Shown here piece after piece: positions 13,301 to 24,585 of a stretch of 64,000 nucleotides of DNA. The DNA comes from Chiloscyllium plagiosum (lineage: Eukaryota). Location: NCBI RefSeq assembly GCF_004010195.1, contig NC_057719.1, positions 57,515,023 to 57,579,022 on the forward strand. The letters are read 5' to 3'. The translations under genes were made by a program, and so were the position numbers. The notes beneath the pieces are model-generated. The model did not search any database. It worked only from the letters and a program-made list of their open reading frames with translations, and was not told the DNA's origin. The first letter of the stretch is position 1, and every line of letters begins with the position of its first letter.

Positions 13301-14619
13301 AGATTTTGTTACTACACCAGAGAATCGGTGATAATAGATGTATGCAGATTTACTACTAGCAAAGATAATTCCAAAGTATTTGCTATTTTCTATCAAGGAC
13401 AGATGTTTTAATTTCACAACTGTGGCAGAATTTAGTTGTTGTACAAATAATAAGGACCGTAAATAAAAAAGGACATTGCTTCCTATAGCTACAATTTCAT
13501 TTTATTTCCAGTGTTATGTAAAATTCAATTCCAACCTAAAATGCTTTATTGTGGAATTAAATAAATTTATTCCATCAATATATCATTCACTTTGTAGTGA
13601 GTAACAATTATCAAACTGATCCATAAACATGAACCTTTCTACTACCAGGGCAAAGGAAATTACTATCTCCATGGGACAGCCTATCTTTTTAAGTATTTAC
13701 CCCATTCACATAAGACTTTAGTTATTATTACTGCAATAAACCTACTCAAATACCATGTAGTTTTCCCACTAAGACTAAATAATATTTCTATATGTTCACA
13801 AACAAAATGGCAACATCATCCAGTTTATGCTGTACTTAGGTACAAATGACAATATATTAAATAAATAAAATGTGTACAACACAATTTTCAATAGAAAACA
13901 CTTATGATTATTGTCTTTTTTCCCTTCAGTTTTCTTATATTTTAACTATTTTCCACCTTACATAATCAATATATTATAACACTTTGTTTCTCAAAAATTA
14001 AACAAAACTTTAATTTACCTATTCCCTTTCTAAATTAGAAGGGACAGAAACTTTTAAAGAATGACTTTTTTGACATATAAAAAAGATCATCAAAGCAGAA
14101 GCCGTCAATTTAATCTTTAGTATCAAATTCAGAGGCCCTGCTACATAGAAGAAAAATACACTCATGGTAGGATGGATTATCATTTATCACTATTCCTGAC
14201 CATTACTGGAGGCTTATTCTTAATGTTTTTCGTCTTCTATTGCTATTTACATTAAAAATCTAAATACCTCAGTTAAACTGCAGTGTTTCAGTGTACAGCA
14301 TCTCATATGAGATTTCACAGTTCATATTTTTTCTTATATAGAAAAATGTTGGAAATATAATCGTAGCATGACCAAATTTTTTTTATTAATCTAACATATT
14401 TAATCAATTGTATTTGTAACATCCAATAGGTGAGACTGTACATCATCTCATTTTGTAAACATTAACTTTCAATTGCATATATTGAGCAATTTTCAAACTT
14501 TTACCCTCATCAATACAAAATAACTTGGCATTCGGAACATGAATACTTAGGTACTATAATATCCGTTTTAATACGATTAAACACTAAAAGTCTCCTCCAT
14601 GGTACACTTATTTTTTGAA

Positions 14620-14840
14620 GTTAAAAATCAAACAACACCAGGTTATAGTCCAACAGGTTTAATTGGAAGCACACTAGCTTTCGGAGCGCCGCTCCCTCAT
14701 CAGGTGGCCACAACCACCTGATGAAGGAGCGTCACTCCAAAAGCTAGTGTGCTTCCAATTAAACCTGTTGGACTATAACCTGGTGTTGTGTGATCTTTAA
14801 ACTTTGTACATCCCAGTCCAACACCGATATCTCCAAATCA
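14620..14840. mobile_element. Palindromic Penelope-like (PLE) terminal-repeat insertion with hammerhead ribozyme motifs
   Basis: ~88-bp inverted arms (14620-14707 and 14714-~14800) and flanking direct repeats TTATTTTTTGAA/TTCTTTTTTGAA. The minus strand reads CAC-CTGATGA-G-GGAGC-GGC-GCTCC-GAAA-GC-TA-GTG. Confidence 0.8.
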
Positions 14841-15012
14841 TTCTTTTTTGAAAATAGATCTAAATTTTATGGTTTCAATGATGGTGAAATAGTTAATGCG
14901 TGGCAGTTTTACAATTGTGGAACTTATAGCAACTTCGAAAGTCTGCACAAATGCAGTTAAATACAAAAATCCAGAAGTTGCTGTCAAGTGATTCCATACT
15001 CCTCTATATCAT

Positions 15013-15305
15013 ATGCTTTTGAAGGCCTTGTCTCATCAGCAAGTGAGAGAGTTGATCAAGGATAGAAAGGTGCAAATAGAATTCAACAAGAAACTGCAGT
15101 ATCAGCAAAAGGAAGAGGAACAGATCTTTGAGGAGTTGTGGGAGAAGGACCAACTTGCCAAAGAGGAGCGGGTAGAAAAAGAAATGAAAGAGAAGCATTA
15201 GAAACAGCAAGAAGTCCTGGCTGGACCACTGGAAAAAATGGTAGAAATTAATGCTAAATGCATGGATCAGAAACAGCTGATTAAAAAAAGAGGCAAATGA
15301 CTGAG
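15013..15305 (+). pseudogene. CFAP53: Isolated disabled exon similar to CFAP53 (CCDC11, trichohyalin-plectin-homology coiled-coil ciliary protein)
   Basis: DRKVQIEFNKKLQYQQKEEEQIFEELWEKDQLAKEER resembles CFAP53 as I recall it (ERKAQIAFNEELSRQKLVEEQMFSKLWEEDRLAKEKR). There is an in-frame TAG at 15199-15201, similarity continues past it (KQQEVLAG...QKQLIKK), and there is an apparent frameshift in the A-run near 15283-15289. Confidence 0.7.
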
Positions 15306-16779
15306 CAGCGTTTCATGATATTTCACTTCCTTCTTTCTCTTGTTCTTAGCTCAATTATCTGAGATGCTAATTCTCTAACTTAATTTCTAATTCTCAAATT
15401 CTTTTGTTCTTCATGTCAATTTGTTTCTTTCCTTGCATTCAAGGTGGTGGCTTAGAAGGTTAGTTTGGGCACATTGGGATTGTGGCTTACAGTCCTTATA
15501 TTATATTGAATTATGAAGCCCATACCTTGAAAGTTTTTGCTGCCAAATTCCTAGGCCAGTTGCTCCTTTCAGAATACAGTCCATGGATACTGGGTGAACT
15601 TTGTTACCTCACCTTAGTAATTTTCATTAAAGACAATTTGACTATTTGAAATATCTATTCCACGTGCATGGTTTTCTGGCTTGATAACATACAGAAGTGG
15701 GATCCATAGCTATGCCTTCCCTTATCTAATTCAGATACGGTGAATATTTTTGCATCACTGCCTTGCTACAGTTAGCTAATTCAGTACAGATCAGGAACTG
15801 AACCTCTGATTTTCTGGATCTATCTGACATTATTATTCAAGGTAATCTTATGTATCTTTTACAAAGCAATTTTTATATTTTTAATATCTTGAGCCCTAAA
15901 GGAAGACTTTTTGTTAGATTTGCTGTGTATTTTTATTTGTGAGCTTTCGTCTATTAATAAAGGATTTTGTTAAGTATAAGAAATTCATCAACAAGAAACA
16001 TTTCCACTCACTGTAAATCTGACAAATTGAGGACAATTTACAGCACAGAAACATCAGTCAACTCTAAAGGTGAATGTTGCTGCTTTCATTTTCCATAAAC
16101 ATCCTCATTCTTTGATGCTTGTAAGTCATTGCGAGCTTCACGCAACTATTTTGAGAATGAGGTATACTTCAGTGCTGAAAAGAGATTTTGTAGAAGATTT
16201 TTGTCTCCTTCAAACTACAAGACAGTTAAAGTCTGACTGCTAAGGGAGCCTGAATTCAAGTGTCACTTAAAAGTGAAACTAAGTTCATGGACTGAATCTT
16301 AACAAATACTGACTTAGTTTCATTTTTATCAATTCTTGCAAAGTTTCTCTCCATGATCCTAGCAAGCTTTCCTGTGTGATCATCCCACCCTTGCCGCATT
16401 AACTGGGTACCACATCCCAATGGCACCACACTCATCCAATTCTCCCTTTCACTATAGCTTGATCAGTCCTTTGCCTCATCTTATCTTACAATGCTTTTTA
16501 AAGTACTGCTGCCCCAATGTCACTGTAGCCCAGAATGTTATCATGGTTCAATGTAGAACCATCACATACAGGAAAGCTTTCAACACTACACACCATTTGC
16601 TTTCATTCACCAACCCTCAAAGTGAACAGAATTCAGATAAATAGAAGCTTTCAAGCACTAACAATTTTAGTTATTGAATGATCACTGCACCAGCTGTCCT
16701 TTACCGAAAGACAAGTCTGGCTTGTGGTACCTGACATTTCTGCACTCTATCATGGAGGTGTTCCTCCTGCTCAGTGCCT

Positions 16780-17200
16780 TCTTCTTCCTCTTCAGATAAC
16801 TATTCCCATTCTTCCAGTTCATCAGCCTCCATCAAATCTTCTCTTGTGCTTACTCCGTTGTGCAGAGCACCCTTTGTCCGAATTGAACTGCAAATCAATG
16901 CTCCCTCTCCACCCCTCCCCCTTCCCCAAAACACTACTACTAGCAGGCCCACCAGTGGAACCTCATCTGCAACAGGCCTATCATCCATTCTACCATGGCA
17001 CTGATTGAACAATGAGCATTATTGTAAGTATGCTCCACTTCATTCAGTCCTGGAGTTATGTAACAGAATTATCAGCCATGGTCACAGCTTCAGCAACCAT
17101 CCTTGTCAGGCTTTTGATCCATTGATCGCAGCAGGAACATTAGAGTTCTCATGGTTTTAGTCATCATTGTAGACCCCAGGGACATGGCACACTTTGAAGA
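16780..17200 (-). mobile_element. PIF/Harbinger transposase relic, C-terminal half
   Basis: Minus-strand translation gives KVCHVPGVYNDD, QGWLL...PWLIILLHNSRTE, EVEHTYNNAHCSISAMVEWMIGLLQMRF and ALHN followed by an acidic tail (cf. YNxAHxxTRxxIERTIGLLKMRF...CALHN). Confidence 0.85.
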
Positions 17201-17202
17201 AA

Positions 17203-18157
17203 ATATAGAATCATAGAATTATACAGTACAGAAGTGTCTGTTCAGTCCATTGAGTCTTTAAATCTATACTACATCCACTTTCCATACTTGGCCCATAGCC
17301 TTGAATGTTACGGTGTTTCAAGTGTTCATTGAAGTATTTTTTCCAAAGGTTATGAATTTTCCCACCTTTACTACTGTCGCAGGCATTGCATTCCATATCT
17401 CACCACCCTTTGGGTGAAAAAAATATTTCCTGAAATCCACTCTAAACCTCCTGTCTTTCACCTTAAAATTCCGCCCCCTTGTTAGTGACCTTCAACTAAG
17501 GGGAGCAGCTGCTTTCCATCCACACCGTCTATGCCCTTATAATTTTATACACCTCTATCAGGTCCTCTCACAGTCTTCTCTGTTCCAAAGAAAACCACTC
17601 AAGCTTATCCAACCTCTCTTCATAGCTAAACAGCTTCATCCTGGCCAACATACTGCTGCACCCCATCCAATGTAATCACATCCTTCCTATAAAGCGTTGA
17701 CCAGAACTGTACATGTTACACTGTGGTCTAACCAAAATCCTGTACATCTTCAACATAACCTCCCTGCTCTTATAGTCTGTTCAATGACTCATAAAGTCAA
17801 GTGTCCTACATGCTTTCTTAACTATCCTTATTAACATGACCTCCCACTTTTGGGGATCTGTGGACAAGCACCCCAAGATCTCTCTTTTCCTCTGAGCTTC
17901 CTCATGGCCTGTTTTTCATTAAGTACTCTCTTGTCTTGTTACTTCTTTCAAAGTGTATTACCATATCAGGGTTAAATACCATCTGCCACAGATCTGCCAT
18001 CTGACCAATCCATCTATATCTTCCTGTAACCTAAGACCTTCTTCCTCACTCATAAGACTAATCTTTAAATTATTGGCAAACTTACTTATAAAACCTTTTC
18101 TTCTATATCATGTATATATCACAAACCATGAGGGACACCAGCACTGATACCATGGTC
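17203..18157 (-). mobile_element. CR1 LINE, 5'-truncated, abutting the Harbinger relic
   Basis: 3' tail ATAGAATCATAGAATTATACAG followed by CR1 3' UTR and RT C-terminal sequence (ACCTCTATCAGGTC, TTGGCAAACTTACTTAT). Confidence 0.85.
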
Positions 18158-18161
18158 AGTT

Positions 18162-18464
18162 GGGCAGCATGGTGGCTCAGTGGTTAACACTGCTGCCTCA
18201 CAGTACCAGGCAACTGTCTGTGTGGAGTTTGCACATTTTCCCCGTGTCTGCGTGGGTTTCCTTCCGCTGCTCCAGTTTCGTCCCACAATCCAAAGATGTG
18301 CAGGATAGGTGAATTGGCCATGCTAAATTGCCCACAGTGTTCAGGGATGTATAGGTTAGGCGCATGAGTCAGGGAATGGGTCTGGGTGGGATACTCTTCA
18401 GAAAGTCAGTGTGGACATGTTGGGTTGAAGGGCCTGTTTCCACACAGTAGGAATTCTAATTCTA
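18162..18464 (+). mobile_element. HE1 SINE (tRNA-derived V-SINE of sharks and rays), B-box region deleted
   Basis: A-box head GGCAGCATGGTGGCTCAGTGGTTAACACTGCTGCCTCACAG, V-domain TGTGTGGAGTTTGCACATT...TGCGTGGGTTTCC, and HER1-like tail GAAGGGCCTGTTTCC...ATTCTAATTCTA. Confidence 0.92.
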
Positions 18465-18867
18465 TTAGCTTTGTGCTCTGTGACTCTGGATGTCTCTTCT
18501 AAGAACACTGGCAATTACTTCTGTGTCGCAGAGATGAATATCTTCAATCTGCAATAACAAACACAAACTCAAGATTGCTTAAGACCAGTATTTGCATCCC
18601 TCAAATTTGGGCATTCTATGCATTTCATAAGTACGATAGTTTAATTGCAAATGAGTGCGACCTACACTGCAAATGCATGACTGTGCAATTGCCCTTGAAG
18701 GACACTCTTGTATCGCTCAAGTGGAGCCTGTGTGTTGTGACTGTAAAAAACACGTCTTCTTATTTCACTGTATTTTTGATTGTGGATTGAAATGAGAAAA
18801 GTGTGTTAAAAACCAATGATTTCTAAAGTACACCTGCATGCTTGTGAAAGCAAGTAATCAAGGCAAA

Positions 18868-20629
18868 CACTGATTAAAGATAGTCAACATGACTTTATGC
18901 ATGGAAAATCATGTCTCACTAACTTGACTGAATTTTTTTTTTGAAGAAGTGACAAAGAAGATTGAAGTCCGAGCAGTGGATGTTGTCTATATAGACTTTA
19001 GCAAAACACGTGACAAAGTTCCACAGGGTGGACAAGTTAGCAAGGTTAGATCACATGGAATCCGGGGAGAACTACCCTTTGGATATAAAATTGGCTTGAC
19101 TACAGGAGACAGAGGGTTGTGGTGGAGAGTGCTTTTCAAAATAGAAGCCTGTGACCAGTGGTGTGCTGCCTGGATCAATACTGGTTCCATTGCTTTTTGT
19201 CATTTACATAAATGATATGGATGTGAATATAGGAGATATGGTTAGTAAGTTTGCAGGTGACACCAAAATTGATGGTGCTGTGGACAGTGAAGAAGGTTAT
19301 CTCAGAGTACAACAGGACCTTGATCAAATAGGTCAAAGGTCCAAGGAGTGGCAGATGAAGTTTAATTTAGTTAAATATGAGGTATTACATTTTGATTGGG
19401 CAAATCAGGGCAGGACTTATACATTAATGGCAGGTCCTGGTGAGTGTTGCTGAACAAAGAGACCATGGGGTGCAGGTTCATAGTTCCTTAAAAGTTGAGC
19501 CTCAGGTAGATAGGATAGTGAAGGCGGCATTTGTTACACTTGCCTTTATTGTCAGTGCATTTAGTATAGGAGGTGGGACGTCATGTTGCAGCTGTACAAG
19601 GCATTGGCTAGGCCACTTTTGTAATACTGTGTTCAATTCTGGCTTTCCTGCTCTAGGAAAGTTGTTGTTAAACTTGAAAGGGTTCAGAAAAGACTTCCAA
19701 GGATGTTGCCAGGTTGGATGGTTTGACTTATAGGGAGAGGCTGAATAGGCTGGGGCTAATTTCCCTGGAGTGACAGAGCCAAGGGGTGATTTTATAGAGG
19801 TTTATAAAATCATGAGGGCATGGCTAGAGTGAATAGCCAAGATTTTTTTTCCCTGGGTAGGGGAGTCCAAAACTAGAGGGCATAGGTTCAAGGTGCAAGG
19901 GGAAAGATTTAAAAGGGACCTAAGAAGCAACCTTTTCACAAAGAATGAAGTGAGCTGCCAGAGGAAGTGGAGACTGGTACAACATTTAAAACATATCTGG
20001 ATGGGTACATGAACAGGAAGGGTTTAAAGAGATACAGGTACACCCCGCTTTTGAATGTCGTTTTACGCCAATTCGCTTTTACAAAAGGCTTACTTTAATA
20101 CCTGTTTTCACTAACTGAAAGAGGACTTCTGCTTTTTATGAAAAAAACGTGCACAGCAAAAGTGGCGCCCCAGGAACTACACTCAGCATCAAGCCATCAT
20201 AGCTTTGAACTCTGTGTGTGAGCATCTGTGCTTTATCTCCATTTATTTTATGCATCCATTGGCAAAATGTCTCCTAAGGTTTCCTGTATCTCCCACCACC
20301 CCAACCTCCACCGGCCTTTACTATTTGTCAGTGTTAATTTAGGTTTTATGTGTTATTTGGCATGACGTGGTAGGTTATTTTTTGGGGGCTGGAAATGCTC
20401 AAAAAATTTTCCCATATAGATTAATGGTAATTGCTTCTTCACTTTACGCCATTTCGGTTTACGAATGGTTTCATAGGAACGCTCTACTTTCGGATAGTGG
20501 GGGACAACTGTATTCACCAAATGCTGGCAAATGGGACTAGATTAATTTAGGATAGCAGGACCGAATGGACAAGTTGGACCGAAGGGTCCGTTACTGTGCT
20601 GTACAACTCTATGATTCTCCATGATTCTA
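18868..20629 (+). mobile_element. HER1/CR1 LINE (RT domain to 3' tail), interrupted by a DNA-transposon MITE
   Basis: ORF pieces VDVVYIDFSK, VTSGVLPGSILVPLLFVIYINDMD and SKFAGDTK (degenerate YADD). The 3' UTR resumes at 20511 and ends CTCTATGATTC. Confidence 0.93.
20035..20510 (+). mobile_element. Non-autonomous Tc1/mariner-superfamily (Tigger/pogo-type) MITE
   Basis: TA at 20033-34 and 20511-12. Imperfect terminal inverted repeats (TIRs) CAGGTACACCCCGC and (reverse complement) CAGTTGTCCCCCAC. Subterminal direct repeat TTTACGCCA.TTCG. Residual ATGTCTCCTAAG (MSPK) transposase start. Removing it restores the CR1 3' UTR. Confidence 0.85.
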
Positions 20630-20975
20630 TACAGCATAGAAGAGGCTCTTCAGTTCATTAAGTCCGGACCGACCTATTTACATCAGTCCCACCTCCTAAC
20701 ACTTAGTCTATAGCCTTCAATGTTATATCATTTGATTTTTAAATGTTGTAAGGTTTCCCATCTTTACGAGCATCCCAGGCAGTACATTCCAGATTTCCAT
20801 CAGCTTCCAGTTGAATTTCTTTCCTCAGATCCACTCTAAACCTCATGTCCTTCGCCTTAAAAAAAAGCCCTAAAATTATTGTGTTTACTTAAGGAGAACA
20901 GCTGTTTCTTCTCCCGCTTGTCCGTACCCTTAATATTTTTATATACCTCAATTAAGTACCCACTCAGCCTTTGTA
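20630..20975 (-). mobile_element. Old CR1 3' fragment
   Basis: Similar to 17210-17580 (ATAGCCTTCAATGTTA, ATCCACTCTAAACCTC). Confidence 0.7.
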
Positions 20976-21594
20976 TAGAAGCTCAGTACTGATAGAGTAC
21001 GGTTTACAAAGCTGCTTGGTAAACAAATAAGGGGTGCGTAGTTTGAAGGTGAACTGGAGCCAAGGGCTATGTACGAATGGAACTTTGGATTCAGAAATTT
21101 TTAGAAGTCATTTGAATTAATATGAACATCCTCCTACACACTGTAATTTTAAAAACTCTGAAGAGTTACATCTTGTGAGTCAGCTGTAACTGGGTTTTTA
21201 GCTACTTGCTACATCATAATTACTATTGACCAGCTATCGAGCCTATAGAAATCTCTTGTTTTCTGTAATGTCATTTTTTTACTCTATTGAAAGTTTTTTT
21301 CTAATAATTAAAGCTATTACTTCATGTAGGGTAATTATAATTTGGATTCTACATTATGTCCCAATCTTTATTTTGCTCTTTGATCAACCCAAAAATTTCA
21401 TAAACTTTTATTTCATTTTACTTTCTAGTTTGCTGCCCATGAAAATTTATCAATGTATTTGACTTTCTACCCTATTGATTATATCGCTATTTCTGACTAT
21501 TAACATGGTCAATATTCCTTGTGACTGAGGTTTGTAAATTCCATGGTTGGACATTGCATATGTTTTACATGCACGATTCTAATGTTACTTATAA

Positions 21595-22152
21595 AGTCAT
21601 AGAATCATAGAGATGTACAGAATGAAACAGATCTTTCTGACCAACTTATCCATGCCGACCAGATCGCCTAGCCTAATCTAGTCCCATTTGCCAGCACTTG
21701 GCCCAGATCTCTCTAAACTCTTCCCCTTCATATAGCCTTTTAAATGTTACAGTTGTACCAGCCTGCTCTGGCAGCTCATTCCATACACACACTACTTTTT
21801 GCATGAACAGGTTGCCCCTTGGGTCCCTTTTAGGTTTTTACCCTCTCACCCTAAACCTATGCCCTCTAATTTTGGACTCCCAGACCCCAGAGAAATGATC
21901 TTGTCTATTTACCCTATCCATGCCCCTCATGATGTTACGAGTCTCTATAAGGTCACCCCTCAGCCTCTGATGCTCCAGGGAAAACAGTCCCACCCTTTTC
22001 AGCCTCTCCCTATAGCTCAAACCCTCCAACCCTGGCAACATCCTTGTAAATCTTTTATGAACCTTTCAAGTTTCACAACATCCTTCTGACAGGAGGGAGA
22101 CCAGAACTGCACACAATATTCTAACCAAATGACCTAACCAATGTCCTGTATG
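21595..22152 (-). mobile_element. HER1/CR1 3' fragment
   Basis: ORF 21838-22041 MLPGLEGLSYRERLKRVGLFSLEHQRLRGDLIE and tail GTCATAGAATCATAGAGATG. Confidence 0.93.
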
Positions 22153-22639
22153 TGAAAGTGCCTGATTAATCAATTGCCCATTGAAGGGCCTCCAACAAGT
22201 ACAACCTGCATCGTCAGACTGAAGAAAACCCACATACTCATCCCACTGCAGTTGTGGTCAGTGAAAGGGAATGGGGGATACAATTTAATATGCTATATGT
22301 TTACATTGGTATAAGTAAAAGCAGTAAATACTTGTCTCTGTTATTCCCTAAGTAGCATTCATCACAGTAATCAAGTTAACCCATATAGACAATTGATTAA
22401 GAACTGTTTATTTTACCTCCCTATTAAGAACATTGGTTGATTTTATCAACTGTTTGATCTGCTGCACTTCCAAAGATTTCCATCAAGGTCGAAAAATATA
22501 CTAACACCAAATGCACCTGATGTATACTGCTTTTTGAACAGTTTTTAGAAGTATTTTGCCCCTACGGAGGAATCACTTTCAGTTGCCATTGTTTGCAATT
22601 GACCTATGAAAGAACAAAAAAAAATTGCATTTACGCAGG

Positions 22640-22935
22640 AACTTTTACAATCTCGCAAAGTCTTTGTTGCAATAAAGTACTTTTGAAGTATAGTCCCTTT
22701 TATAATGCAGGGAATATGTTGTAAACAGCAAATATTCCTACAGTAAACTTCCACAAACACCAATTTGTTAGTAACAGGATAATCTGTTTTGGCAATGTTG
22801 ATTGAGGATTAACTAAGTAAACCAAGAAAACCTCCCCTCTTTTCTTTGTAAGAAGTGCTATGGAATTGTGTAATCATCTGAGAGAGTGGGCATATCTTTG
22901 GTTTAATGTCTCATCTCAAAGACAGTGCTCTGAAT
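22640..22935 (-). mobile_element. Decayed Deu-core SINE (SacSINE1/AmnSINE1-like)
   Basis: GGTTTAATGTCTCATCTCAAAGACAGTGCTCTGA resembles the Deu-domain motif. Similar copies lie at ~29.2 kb and ~45.2 kb. Confidence 0.6.
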
Positions 22936-23511
22936 GTTCCCAAAAATAAGTTGCATCAATTTTAGGGAGTTTCACAGAGTATTTCTCTCTGCAAGCACCA
23001 GCAAGTTATCTCACACCTGCTCTACTGCCCACGGGAGTAAAGGTACACCACATCTCTATGGCAGTGCCCACCTGCTATCGTTTAGTTACCAGTGGGAAAA
23101 GTGTTTGCAGTTAGACAAAGTGGAAGGGAAGAAAAAAGCGATTAAAAAAGTAAAGCTTCTGGGCATTGCACACATAGCCTGGGTGGCACTTCTTTGTAAA
23201 TAGAATATCACATTTATAAATATACGTGCACTTTAAATCATGTCTAGTCGACTATCATTGTAACAGGAATGAAGGCGCAAAGATGGGCCATCCTTAGTGC
23301 CACTACTCCTTCCCTAATGCCCATAGTCACATAACATCATTGTTGAATATGGGAGCATCATGTCATAAAGCCTTCAGGAGGAAATCAACTCCATCCTCTT
23401 GTATAGCTTACAAGGTCTTGGATTGTTTTTACCAATTGTGGTCCACAGTTGCCATTTTAAAAGTCACCTGTGAATACTTCTTCTTCACAGACATGACTAA
23501 GTTAAATTTGT

Positions 23512-23635
23512 GGAGAAAGTGAGGTCTGCAGATGCTAGAGATCAGAGCTGAAAATGTGTTGCTGGAAAAGCGCAGCAGGTCAAGCAGCATCCAGGGAACA
23601 GGAGAATCGACGTTTCAGGCATAAGCCCTTCTTGA
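23512..23635 (-). mobile_element. Short PLE terminal-repeat fragment with 13-bp TSD and truncated hammerhead core
   Basis: AAGTTAAATTTGT is duplicated at 23499-23511 and 23636-23648. The minus strand reads AAGA-A-GGGC-TTAT-GCCT-GAAACGTC. Homologous to 24586-24712. Confidence 0.8.
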
Positions 23636-24585
23636 AAGTTAAATTTGTAATGACCAATGACATTGGCAATATTGCTTGTGGTCAGGATTGTATTCAACAT
23701 AGTTAGTCACTGCATGTAAATCACCTGCAGAATTCAGTGATTACAGATAATTTTAATCTGTTGTATCTAAGTGCCTGAACAATGCAAATACCTCTTAAAG
23801 GGGCCTCATATCACTCACAAGTAGAGCCCACATGCTCAGAGAATGAAAAAAAACACAATCTGCGCACTGTGGGTATGGTACAGCCATTTTCATTTCTGTT
23901 GCACACCTGTGATTCACCAAGTCAGTTCTGGGCTCACCCACACCTTAAAGATCCTTTCTTCCTGGCACTCCTTACTGACCCCATCAGGTCTGCACTTCCA
24001 CATGTCCTCACATAACTCTTTCTATTTAACTTATTCATCTCCCCACTTTATCCCGAGCCCCAGGCTAATAATTTGCCAATGACAAACATTGTTATTCATT
24101 TCCCTTATCAAAGTCGATGATACCCCACTCACAGTAAATCACCCTTCAATGATCTATCATTTCCTATGATTGGATGTTGACATGCACTCCTCTTCACTGT
24201 CATTGTCTCTTCTGCATCCCAGCATGTTGCTGCCATTGCCAACAATTGATTTCTCAAAATTCCCCACTACAGCAAAGATCCCCAAATAACACCCCCACCC
24301 AATGACTTCAGTGAACAGACCTCCAGGATTGACCATGGACCACTCCTCTGACCAATTTGGAAGAAAAATATCAAATGATCAGTTACTCGACCACCGACTG
24401 ATCTCTTTGCAGCTCTCCAACTAAGTTGCCGCTAATTTCAAAACTGGTTGCTCTGGACCTACTCTGTGAGGACTATTGGCTACTCCTCAAACTGTAATGA
24501 TATGGAACCCCTGAACTGAATCCCCCCAAACGCCTGATTGATCATGTCCAAGTTCCTGGACTAATATTAGACAATGCTCTTGTCT

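Noticed and set aside
18162..18210. tRNA-like sequence
   Set aside because: It is the head of an HE1 SINE, with no B-box or cloverleaf
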